64,000 nucleotides of DNA from NCBI GenBank assembly GCA_036172245.1, contig JAYWIR010000003.1:1612001-1676000 (forward strand). The letters are read 5' to 3'. This DNA comes from Raillietiella orientalis. Taxonomy: Eukaryota. Of the stretch, positions 25,757 to 37,062 are shown one piece after another. Every line of letters starts with the position of its first letter. Within the stretch, counting starts at the first letter, position 1. The position numbers were made by a program, and so were the translations under genes. Under the pieces are notes generated by a model. It saw nothing but the letters and a program-made list of their open reading frames with translations. It made no database searches and was not told where the DNA came from.

Positions 25757-28284
25757 CTCGGGACATCGGGAAAGCCCTATTCTTCGGCAAAGCTCTCCAT
25801 TTCGCATGGGTCAGGTCTCTGTGGGTTCTCTACGCGGTCCAGTGGATCTGACGCCTCTCTGCGCAGCGCTCCCCCCTGCCAGAGTGGAATCGTGAACCAG
25901 CCAGGAGGAGCGGGGCACTTCCTCTCGATTCAAGAAGCAGATCGAGGTTCACCGGTCCCTTGGTCCGGGAAAAAACAAGCCTCTACCCTGGACGGCACAA
26001 AGGGAAGGGAAGAAAGAAAGGAACAGGAAGAAGGAACTCACGCGAATCTTGAGTATGGTGAGTGGACCACCAATCGCTCTCCAAGAAACCTTCCGCCGTG
26101 CGCGCATTAAAAGGTGGAAACTGCCCTCCTTTTTAAAAATCGGTCCATCAGCAACCACATGAAACCGAAAGGCGGAGTCCATGTTGAAGCTCTCTTCCTC
26201 CACCATTCGGAATTTTTCCCGTGATCTCTGCAAACCTGGGCTGACACAATTGGATCAGATTTGTTCATTTTTACCACGCTCTGGATCAGCATCATTAAAA
26301 GTTTTGGGAAGAGGAGGAGGAAGGAGGGGGGGAGGAAGGAAAAGAAGAGGAGGAGGAGGAAAAGGAGAGCGATACCTGCGCGAAGCGGACCGGTATGAAA
26401 CACCCTCGGCCCCGGGAGCCTTCTTCTTCCGGAAAGGTGCCATGCGCGTGGCGGATGGTTCCAGCCTTTTAGAAAGCAAGGTGGGATGCAGACGCTGCTT
26501 AAAACTGCTACCCAGAACGCAGGCAGTGTCAGAACCACAGGAAAGGAGTGCTTGCCGCTGGCACGTTCGTTAACAAAAGGGACTTGGAAAGATGAGGTTC
26601 CAGGAAAACGGAAAGGTTGACCGGAAATCTGCGTCCGAGCATTACGAATGGGCAACCTTAGCTTCATTATTCCTTCCTTCTTTTGATCCGCAACACAGCA
26701 GGAAGGCCATTGGAAAGGCGAAGAGGAAAATCCTACAACACAAAAGACTGAGGATTCGTGGTCCATCACTGAAAATGCGAGTCAATGTAAGTCGTAGCGT
26801 TTCGTGCGCAGTTTCATTCGAAGAAGCGATCCGTGATGGACCAACAGCCTATGTTATCAGGGATAAATGTGGTTTTCACTTGTCTGCATCATGAAGAGAT
26901 CTTTTGCTTAGAAACTGTGCAGAAAAGAATATCCACAAACATTAAGTGGTCGTAGGAGCTTCAGGAAAGTAAGACCACACGTTTCCTATGATTTCTCTCC
27001 CTTTCGTTAATTCTGCTGCCCATCAGAAGGTGCTCATGAGCTCAGTTGAGCAAATAATCAATCAAAATGAATTCAGCTAAACCCACTCATTTCTCGGGAA
27101 ACACAGGGAACGAATAAAACCCGCACCCAACTACTTGAAAGATGGGGATCCAGAAAATAAATCATAATAAAACAAATGCAGTGCAAAGGGTACTCGAAGA
27201 AAATGATGAAGTGCGGAAATTGGATGAGTGAAACCAACTAAATCGAGAAATAATCCATTTAGTGTTACCCCAAGGAATATGCTTCAGTCATTGTGGATAT
27301 CATTGCTCTTATATTTGTATCTTTGAAGTGGAGTAACATTTTGTTCGTTATTTGCAACGCTCGTTTGGATATTCTCAAAATTCCGGCGGAATGACCATTC
27401 TAGAAGAAAGAAAAAAAATACTATGCAAGAAGATCAAAGTCGACTGAGATCACTTACTTTGATAATTAACTAATAAAATACAGCGTTGGTGTGGCAATAG
27501 TAGAATAAAAGAGACACAGTGACAGTATACTTCTTTCAGAGTGAGTGACGAATGATTCAAATGCTTCAAGTGGCATATAAACTTGCACAGTGTTCAAGTA
27601 AAGAAGGAAACAAGAAAATTCTGTGGAGAAAAAAAAGAGTTAAAGTTTAAAGGAGCTGAAAGAAAAATAGAGAATATATCTTCAGTTATTCTTTTTCTGC
27701 TTTGTGTGTGAGAGTTAAGAACTTGTAGCATTTTTTTTCCTGCAAGAACGCATCTTATGCATCTTCATTTCTGTGAACAAAAAAGTTCCACTGTCTCGAA
27801 AGCGGTCAGAGTTCAATTAATTCTTCCTAAAAACGATGCTAAAAGGAGCTAAGGTTCATCCTGCCACTTTACATTTAAATGATTCTAGTCAGTGAGTTGT
27901 CAAATGGCGGAAAGATACGAATACACTAGGTCTTCATCATTGGCGCCTTCCCTTTCGAGCTACACGGCTGACAAGGAACCATCGAGGTGCCTCGTTGTGG
28001 GCAGGAAGAACTTCCCTCGAAGCAGTGCTGCCCTACCTCAGGGAACACCTGAGCAGCAGCATCGCGGAGAGATGGGAAATGAAGGCAATCAACTCCTGAA
28101 GAAAGAAAGGACTGGGTGAGTGGAAGATGGGCCAGCTCACTGACGCTGCGACCCCAAGTACACCGCCCCACGGACTCTTGAGCTGGAGTGAGCTGCTGAG
28201 TGTTCCGTTGAAACACCTAAAGTGGTCCCTGGTGCTTATGGACAACCGCACTCTTCCTTTGAAGTGGCAGCAGTCGGCGCTGTT

Positions 28285-28687
28285 TTGACACCCGGGTGCA
28301 GCGGGGCGTTTATTTGGACAAACAAACAAACATGTGGAGGGCTATAGGTCCTACAACGTCCGAAAGTGTTCGGAACTTGCCGCGTCACCGGCAGGCAGGA
28401 CGGCGAGGTTCGACTCGGCAGTTGAGGGGGAGGCGACAAACAAAAAGAAAAATAAAGAAAAATGCTATTTACAAAAATAGAGAGGGCTGGGGAAGGGATC
28501 ACGTTCCACTGCAGGCCGTCCTCTACATCGTTTCCAGGATGTCGCCAAGTTCCATCTGGATGCGCCCAGATGGGGCCATTTGGCTGCCGTTCTCAGGAAG
28601 CCCAGGTCGAAGCAGATGACGTCCCTATCGTGCTGTCCACCATCGGCGTTGCTCCAGGCCACTGCAATCCCACATAGGCAGCAAAGG
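28285..28687 (-). mobile_element. 5'-truncated family A 3' end inserted antisense into another family A copy
   Basis: Its reverse complement matches 28890-29200, 52890-53280 and 58540-58853, and ends in aataaacgccccg...gggtgtcaa. Flanked by gctgtt at 28279-28284 and 28688-28693 (candidate TSD). Confidence 0.7.
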
Positions 28688-29217
28688 GCTGTTGGTGCTG
28701 CATTGTGGTCTCCCATGCAACGCCCGCCGTCATCAATGGATGAGGGGGTGTGGGAACCCCAACTGTGTCAGGTGCGGGGAACGTGAATCCCTCCCCCACC
28801 CGTTAGTGGACTGTGTTGCCCTCCGGCCCTCTGGGAACGCTTCAAAACTCTTCATTCGCACCGCCCTTCGGCCAGCGGCCTCCCTGGCAGCCCTGTGCTA
28901 CCTACGCGGGATCGTCGCTGCTTGTAGCAAAGCAGTAGGATGATCCAGTGACAGGGATGCCATCCACTTCGTCGTCCAATTCATCAGGATAGCAACGCGA
29001 TGGCCCCACCTGGAAAACAACATGCAGCAAGACCTTGCCGACATCCTGGAGAGGATGGACCGGACTGCCGCCAACAGACAGTGATCCCTTCCCACATCTC
29101 CCCAAAGTGTATTTATTTTTATTTTTTTGTTTTCTTTTTTTCTTTTTGTTTGCCTCCTCCCCTCTGCTGCCGTAGTGGACCGTGCCGGTCTGCGACCCGG
29201 CAGGTCTCCTTTAAATT

Positions 29218-30105
29218 GGGCGTCGGAGGCTTTGTGGTTAAGGCTTCTGCGCGTGGCACCATGCTTCGAGGGTTCGAATACTCCGGCAGAAACTGACGCC
29301 ACTGCGTCGTCAGGTTCCGAGTTTCTTCTGCAATGGCGCTGGTTGGCCTAATCATTCGGGCGTGGCACCGGCGATGGATTAAGCCGGAGACCCCCGATGA
29401 AGGCCGAAACAATGGAGACCTTCGAGTCCTTCCAGGAATAAAGGAGTGGGGAGTTCCCCCTCCGGTTGTGCAACGGAGAGCGGACCCCCCTCACCGGGGG
29501 ACCTTCGGTTTCAAGATGGAGCAGGAACCCTCACAGGCATCTCTTCAGTTGCTCAAAGGAGCAGACTCCCCCTGCTGCTGAGGGGTCCCTCCGAGTCGTC
29601 GCCTCTTCACAGAGTGCACAAGGAAGCAAGCGAGAGCGATTCCCTGCGGGAAGCTGCAGCGCCCCTTCTAATTTTCGGAAGCGTCCCTTAGGGGTTTTCT
29701 TCAGAGGAGTGAACAGGAGCGGTTCCCTTGCGGGTTCTCTCCGGAGAAGAAATTCCTACTAGCGGATCCTTTCTGGGTTCCCTTCGGAGAAGCTGAAATG
29801 GAGAGGACCACCCCCCATTAGGCGTGCTCCCTCCGGAGAGAATGAGGAAGGAGATTCCCTTCGGAGACAACTAGGGTGGGAGATGCGATCCCCCCCTTCA
29901 GGGGGGATCTCTCCCCAGGCGTGAGAGGAACGGATTCCAAGCCTTCCTGGATTCATAGGGCGGAATCCCCCTTCCGGGGTGCCCTCTATCTTGGAGAATA
30001 ACACGCACCCTCCGTGGGTGGCGTGGAACAGTGTTAAAGAGGCACGTGCGCCGCGAGGCCCACGAATGGCTCTTGAGGTACTTAGCGTACCAAAAAAAAG
30101 AAAAC
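29218..30105 (+). mobile_element. tRNA-derived SINE with a long structured body
   Basis: A-box-like aggctttgtgg (29227), B-box ggttcgaatac (29271) and A-rich tail (~30092-30105). Homologous along its length to 46135-46870 (minus) and, from ~29475, to 62800-63325. Confidence 0.7.
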
Positions 30106-31645
30106 CTGTAACAAAATGCTGGAAGGGAAAAAACAGCGAAGACAGAAAAGAACCCAAAAGGATTTCCATCATCACCACTGGTGCAACCACAACTTTTGTT
30201 TGTAATAAGTTTGTCGTAAAACAAACGCCCCGGCGTACCCGGCTGAAAATGGAGGTGCCTTGTTGGGAAGCTGAAGGGGCTGTTGACTCGTGCGAGTGCA
30301 CCAAAAGTGTTCCCTCTAAGACCATTTGCAGGAAGACATCTGTTGTCAACGTCGGAGCCATTTTCCAGTTGTGCAGGAAACTCGAATCTTTTGACTTCGT
30401 TGCTGTGGCCCCCTCATAGTATCTGCATCTTGTGTGCGCGTGGTGATGCAACTTCATGATGTATGTGCCGGGCAGTTGATGACTGTGTACGTGTTTCGTG
30501 CTCAGTTTGCGCGTAGGCCTCTCTGCAACAGAGGCGCTTGCCCGCTGCTTTGAATGGACGTGCGTGTGCGCGCTCCATGAATGGCAGCGCGTGCAGTCGT
30601 GCGGCGACTGCGTCCGTTGACGATGAGCGTTCACTATATTTCTAGACACAATGTGTGCCTTTATCGTATAGTGAAGAGTGGTCACTTTTTTGACTTTACA
30701 GAATCAGGCCGTAAGGCACAGGACCCGGTTGTTCCCTATATAAACAAACAATCGCTGGTCTTCGTCGAAATTATGGGTGGAAACGCAATGTGGATGTGTG
30801 GCTTTCGTGGTAAAAGCATTTTTGTTTTACTTAAGCGTCTTTCAGAAAAACAACCTTTGCAAAACGAAGAACAGCTGCAAAAAAAAAAAAAAAAAAAATG
30901 AATTGAAAATATTCACTACGAAACTTTGGGAAATGAAGGTTTCAAAAACTTTCGACAAATTCCATCTTGTAATCAATGCCTGCAGTAAAGTTGCACGAAA
31001 GGATTTGGTATGTGTACTCAAAAAAAAGGTGTGTATTCATACAACTCCGATGCTATGATTATGTATAAAAGTAATTCCACATTTATTGCACCAAGATATG
31101 TAAATATTGGAAAACTGTATATAAATATTGGATGTGTAATATGCAAATATTTTCATCCCTTTTCATCCAGTATTTACATTACACTATGTAAATATTGGAT
31201 TTATTAAAATCAATTGATCGCAAGACACAACATCAATATAATTAGAGTTCATGTACCTAGCCATAGTTGGAGAAGTTGTTCCCGAAACAACCGTTTTAGA
31301 CCTTATGTAATATGTGAATTCAGTGATTATATTAACATGTTGGTGAATACAGGCTAATGGCAATAGCACTGCCATTAGACTGTTTTCGTTGTTTAGTTTT
31401 TCACAAAATTTTCGTGTTCTTGCTGATGCTTTTACATTAATTGAATGAACACTTCCAGTATTAATTATCCGTGGTGACCATCATTGGATATTCTAATTAT
31501 GTGTAAAGTGCATCTACCTTAATGCTCCAGGTTTTGGATCTTGTAAAGATAAGGCTGCTGGACTACTGAAGATTCGGTAAGTTTGGGGGAAACAAATTAC
31601 TCATCATAGTATATTTAGTTTTAGAATTAATTGTTATAATGACTC

Positions 31646-34600
31646 ATGGCACATGCAGCTGAAGACTCCAATAAGGAAACTTTAGATACAGCACAATGTC
31701 TTCTCTCAGTTGAAGAAGAATTATCATTGACAGCATTACGGGAATTTGATAAGAAAAATTATTTAGAGAGTCTTTTAAGCTTGTCAGAATTAGAAAAACT
31801 CAGATCAGATGATGTGAAAGTTCAGCTAAACAAAGCCATTGTGGAATTTTCTATACAAGGAAGCTATGAAGATTTGGCACGGAAATTGCAAGCCATAGCA
31901 AAGCTGGTAATTAATTGCTATGTATTTTCATCTGCAAAAATGTAAATTCATATGAATCAATTTTTTAGATATGTATTGTCATGTGTGTAATGAAATTGTT
32001 TTAATGCATTGCTACATTTTCATCATATGAATTGTTATATTTTAAGGTACAGATTCATTTGGATGATTTTGATTCTCTAGATGATAACGAATTTAGTGTC
32101 ATGTTTTATAGCTATGCATTAACCCATTTTAAATCTGGACAGTATAACAAGGCAGCGAAAATTCTTGAAAAGTTAATACACATGAAATCTTTGGGCAAGT
32201 GCATCTTTCAGATTTTAGTTGTACATATCATCAATTTTTTGCTCTAGAATTTATGTTTTTTTTATGTTGTGCCTACTGTATAAAAGTGTAATGGGAAAGT
32301 TCCAAAGATGTATTGTGTATTTTAAAAGCTTTAATCAATAAGCATTAGTAAATAGTAATTTAACATCTCTCTAAAAGCATGTTTCATTTGCAATATCAGC
32401 AAGGGTGCTCAATATTCAGAATAATTTTTGTAATCTTAAGTTAGTATCAATGTTGAAATTTTAGAATTTCATTGTTTTATGATGTGTAGATTTCAAATTT
32501 GCAACTACAGGATATTTGATCTTTTTGTTTTAAATTGTATTTGAAAACCCGTGCTCATACATTTATAAGTTGCAACTCACATATTAATCTTAATTTTCAG
32601 TTTTTTAATGTGCAAGTTTCAGTTCAGTATGATGTGAGTGTTTTTTATTTGCATTTTAGAAATTTCTTTTTAATGCTCATGTGTTGCATTCTGAATGCTA
32701 ATACTGCTCTGTTATTTATGCCATGGTTAGATATGGATAAGTCACTATGGTTTTAGATCAATAAGATCTAGAATTTAACTGCGTGAATTTTTTTGAATTT
32801 TCTGGACTTAACCTTATCACTTTGATTTGTGGCAGGTGGAGTGTTTATTAACAGTTTTTTTGTTGTAGCCTTTAAAGATAAACTAGTTTACTTATTTGTG
32901 GTTTTGTTAAACATCCAGTGATATTGTTGCACTCTCAAAGTACCCAATTGCAAACAAGTAGATACATTTGCATTTGCAAGCATGCTGATGTTCATTTTTG
33001 TTTTTTTTAAAAAAAAGTTAAACGGTTTTCACAGGAGTATTTTTTGAAGCTATTAACTTTATCTTGTGTAAAAGTCTTTGAAGTTTTAATTAGTTCAGTT
33101 AAAAATAAAATCATGTTTCATAAAAGCAGCATAGTATTGTATCTCACAGGATTGCCTTGTTATTGTGACTTATCAAGTTATCTGAATAAGCACTCTTCTC
33201 AGTAGGATAATAGTGAAAGAGGTATTTTGAAATTTTTGTCTGTGGGTATTGACAGCAATAAAACCACTGTCTTGCAAGAAAGCTGAATGAATTGAAATCT
33301 GTTTGTGTGTCCTCTGCAGTTTGTAGTGTAATTGTGCATGATGAGAACAAGAAAGGAAGGCACAGAATCACAAATAAAAGGATGGATTTGGGTTGAAAAC
33401 ATCCACTTGATCTATGCAGTGAGAACTTGGCAAATTAATGAATACTTATCACAGAAATGCAGTGGACAAATGCACTGTGTGTTTATCCAGAATCCCTGCA
33501 AGTGAAATAAAGATTTTGATTTAGTTTTGACTCTGTGAAGGACCATGTAGAAGGTGTATACTGTATATAGAAACTGTGAAACAGAGTTCCACAAAAAAGA
33601 TTGTGATGCATTGTATGTAAAATGTGAAATAAGAGTTCCAGGCATTGAACAAATCAGTAACAACGATGTATCGAATAAATGAAATAATGTGCAAATTTCT
33701 TCGAATAATTCCTATTCGTGCTTGAATCTTCAGAAGGAAAGGGATAGCATGTGATATACACAATACTTTGACTTAGGTTGTGTAGTAGGTGCTGATAGAT
33801 ACCAGTCTGCAGTTTTTTGAGGACAACTGCAACTAAACTCGCAGATTAAACCACAAGAGTTAGTTTTGAAATGTTTGTAAAATGATTCTTCGGGTTATGC
33901 AAGTTTTTTGTAAAGATATATTTAAAAACCTTAGTTTTTATAATTACAAGTTCAAGTAATTCGGAATCAATACTTAAAAAACGAATGAGTATAAAGCAAA
34001 AGAGCTAATGCAAGACTATCATTGCCAAAAACAGCATGATACATTGGCACAAGCATCTCCGTTTGAAATAACTTTGGGGTAGTACAGAGAATGTGCTTGT
34101 TGGATTTGCACTTGACATATGGAACACACATTAACAAAACCATTTAAATCAGATTGAACTCTGACGGGATCAGATCCGATATTCTTTTGAGCTTTATAAA
34201 ATGTTTTTCATGAGTTAATTTCAAATGGCATGTGAAATTTGAGAATCAGATTCAGTGCATGCATGGGATTAGTTGTATTTTATTGCATGAAAAGTGGAGG
34301 TGTTCAATTAATTCAGCATGAAAAAATTTAATATTATTTGTAACTTGAGGAACCCATTTTTGTTGCAGATGAAAATGTATTCAAAGTTGCCTGCTTTTTA
34401 TTGTTGGAAGCATATTCAAAGACTTTTGAGCCTGAAAAAGCCCTCAATCTTATTGCTGTAATTGAATTATCATTAAGCCCCTCAGGTTAGTTTCATTATG
34501 CAGCTTGCACTTCACATTATTAGCTGTGATAGAAAAGCAGCGTTTGATGTTGACTTTCCCATAAAGATTAATAATTCCTTGAAAATTAATGTTTTTATTT

Positions 34601-36284
34601 TAATGTTAATTTATATTGTCGTTTCAGAAAAATCAGAAGATCATGACAAATTGGAAGGAATTATGCCAATTTCTTTCATCTCCCATCCTTGTTCCTGGGA
34701 TGATAAAGATAAATCACAGCTTCAAGAGTATAAGTGCTTGCATCTAATAATTGCCAAATCTTTAAAGAAATGCAAAAAGGAGCTTAAGTCTTTTTTTGCA
34801 TCTCGTACTCTTGTAAGCCATGAGTATGCTAGGAGATGAAAATTTTTGCTGATTTCCAGACAGCAACCCATGTTTTCCTGAAAGCTCATGTAGAGCTCCT
34901 TCGAAACAATCCTACGAAATCAATAAAGCTGCTTAATTCAATTGACTATGCTGATCCAGAAATCAGTGACAAGCCTTTTAAACTAATGTTTTATAACAAT
35001 ATGGCCTGCATATATCAGAGAATGGCTAAACCTCATCTCATGAAATTCCATCTGCAACAAGCAGTTACTGAAAAAGCAAATTTTTTTTCTTCTATTAATA
35101 GCAAAGTTGCAGGTTTAACAAGAATTGTCAGATTTAATAATTTGCTTAGCAGAATTTCAGATGGCAGAGTTAGGTCATCTGCTTCAGTATAACCGTGGTG
35201 TAGCCTTGTTTAGTGCCCGTTGCTATCAACAAGCGTTTGACAGCATCTTATCATCTTTACAAGTATACAGTAGCAATGTGCGTTTATGGCTGAGATTGGC
35301 ACAGTGTAGCACAGCTTTGCATGATGCTGTAAGTTAGTCAGTGATCACTGTTTATGTCATCTTTGAGCAGCATGAGCAGCCAAACCGTTGCCTTCAAAAG
35401 AACATCAGGGTAATTGGAAGAGGCTTGCATAGAAAGCTGATTCTTCAAGCTAATCAGTCATGTCAAAGTGAACAGCCTCAAGGCATTATTCCTGCCCCAA
35501 CTTTGCATTTTGCGTATTTCTGCATTCAGAATGCATTGTTGCTCAGCAATCAATGGAAGAAACCTAGCAGTGAAGGAGCTTCATTCATTTTGGTACTGAA
35601 ATGGTTTACTTTAATCTAATGAAAATTAATTTAGATGAACCCGTGCTTGCCTCTTTCTTACCAAGAAGCATCTCATCTTCATTCTGTGGTACTGTGCACT
35701 GCATCATATTTGGCCCTCCGTCTGCATGATTTTACTCAAGCTCTCCACCATGCCGAATGTTTGCTGAAAAAAGATAATCTAACTCCTTATGAGACTCTTG
35801 TGGCACATCTCTATGCTGCAGAAGCCTTACTAATGATGGACCAGTTGTCCAAAGCTATTGGTCATCTTCAGACGCATTTATCATGGATAGATACCAATGT
35901 AAACTCTCTGCCTACTTTCCAAGAACCTCACGAGAAGGCCCTGTTAGGTATTTTTTTTAAGTGTGTGCGTTTCGTGCATTTTATGTTTACGTAGATCAGA
36001 TTGCTTTGAATTTCTCACCCAAAGTAATGTTGCATTACAATTTGGGATTGCTGTATGCTTTGAGAGGAGAATTGGATAAAGCAATGGAAATGATTAAGAG
36101 TGACATGGATGCTTGTCAAAATGACTCTTCTGAAAAAATTCTTTTCACAATTCTTTGTGTTTATATTCACATACAAGCAGGTGAATACAAGATTGATTGG
36201 GAGGGAATCCCTTTTGGAATTGATTGTGTTTTTGCAGGGCGTGTCAAAATGGCAGAAAACGTTCTCAAACCTATATTGCCTTAA
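31646..36284 (+). CDS. CNOT10: CCR4-NOT complex subunit 10, ~636 aa. Exons 31646-31906, 32047-32194, 34369-34485, 34628-34812, 34860-35112, ~35150-35328, 35371-35592, 35635-35947, 35995-36180, 36238-36284.
   Basis: CNOT10 motifs KSLKKCKKELKS, FLKAHVELLRNN..K.IKLLNS, VYSSNVRLWLRLAQC, IGRGLHRKLIL, FAYFCIQNALLL and HLYAAEAL. Phase-consistent splice sites; intron 2 has a GC donor. Possible non-coding upstream exon at ~31531-31576. Confidence 0.93.
33300..33720 (+). mobile_element. Possible highly eroded Tc1/mariner transposase remnant in CNOT10 intron 2
   Basis: 'QINEYLSQKCSGQ...LTL*RTM*KVY...EFHKK' loosely recalls VREYLNxxFPGR...LWGYxKxxVY...ELK. No TIRs identified. Confidence 0.25.
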
Positions 36285-36427
36285 GTTTGCCCATCAATTT
36301 GGGGGTTGTATTATACCCTGTCGTAGTAATTCCTTCAGCCTAGCCTTGATGAATCTCTACGGAGACTTTCTGCTTGTAAGCAGTAAATCACTGTTTTATG
36401 GGTAAATGCACACACATTTAAAGATAA

Positions 36428-36433
36428 AATAAA
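36428..36433 (+). terminator. Candidate polyadenylation signal of CNOT10
   Basis: First AATAAA after the CNOT10 stop, about 145 nt downstream. Confidence 0.45.
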
Positions 36434-37036
36434 TGACTGAAACACAGGTCTTTTGAATTATTATACCAGTCATTGATTACGTGTATGTATGCTTTATTTC
36501 CCTCTTTAACCCCTACTAGTAATTGTAGAACGATGTTTGAGCAATACATGGGAAATCGAGGAATGCTATCAGGGCTTTTGAGCAGCAGTTTTCAGTCTCC
36601 TTTGAGAAGCAGCTTGTTTGTTTGTGCATATTCAATTCAGAATTCTATGATATTTAGTATGCTACAAGTATGTTTTTATTTATGTGTCAGCCATTTCACG
36701 AGTGTAATGACACATTAACGAAAACACACGAGTAAAGTGCTCAATGATTCCTTTGTTTTTAGAACACATCAAAGTTTTCGAGTGCTCATAGTAATTGTAT
36801 TCCGCATTGCACGTATGTAAATAAAATGCTAAGGAGTTGAGGTCTGGTACCGGAACATTCCAGATCAGTGTAGAGTGTCCAGCGAATGAATTCCATTCGA
36901 ATCAGAGGAAAACTGTGACATCTGAAAAACCTGGTAAATACAATGGTAAATACCGGTCACCATTCACTTATTCTAAAAATAAAATGTTCTACATACATTG
37001 GAATGTTTCGATCCGAAAAAACATATACATATGTGT

Positions 37037-37062
37037 TGTGTGTGTGTGTGTGTGTGTGTGTG
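37037..37062. repeat. (TG)13 microsatellite
   Basis: Directly visible. Confidence 0.95.

Larger units (their letters stand above)
27950..30250 (+). mobile_element. 3' part of Tx1/L1-like LINE family A, host to two nested insertions
   Basis: CCHC 'CGNPNCVRCGERESLPHPLVDC' (~28750-28815), collinear with 63330-64000. The family 3'-terminal motif resumes at 30220-30249, after the SINE. Confidence 0.7.

Noticed and set aside
29394..29410. Hammerhead-like ccgatga-aggcc-gaaac in the SINE
   Set aside because: The core reads CCGAUGA rather than CUGANGA, no convincing stems I/III are present, and it is not conserved in the 46-kb copy.
29759..30685. 308-aa minus-strand ORF
   Set aside because: Runs across the SINE, the LINE tail and unique DNA; no recognisable domain.
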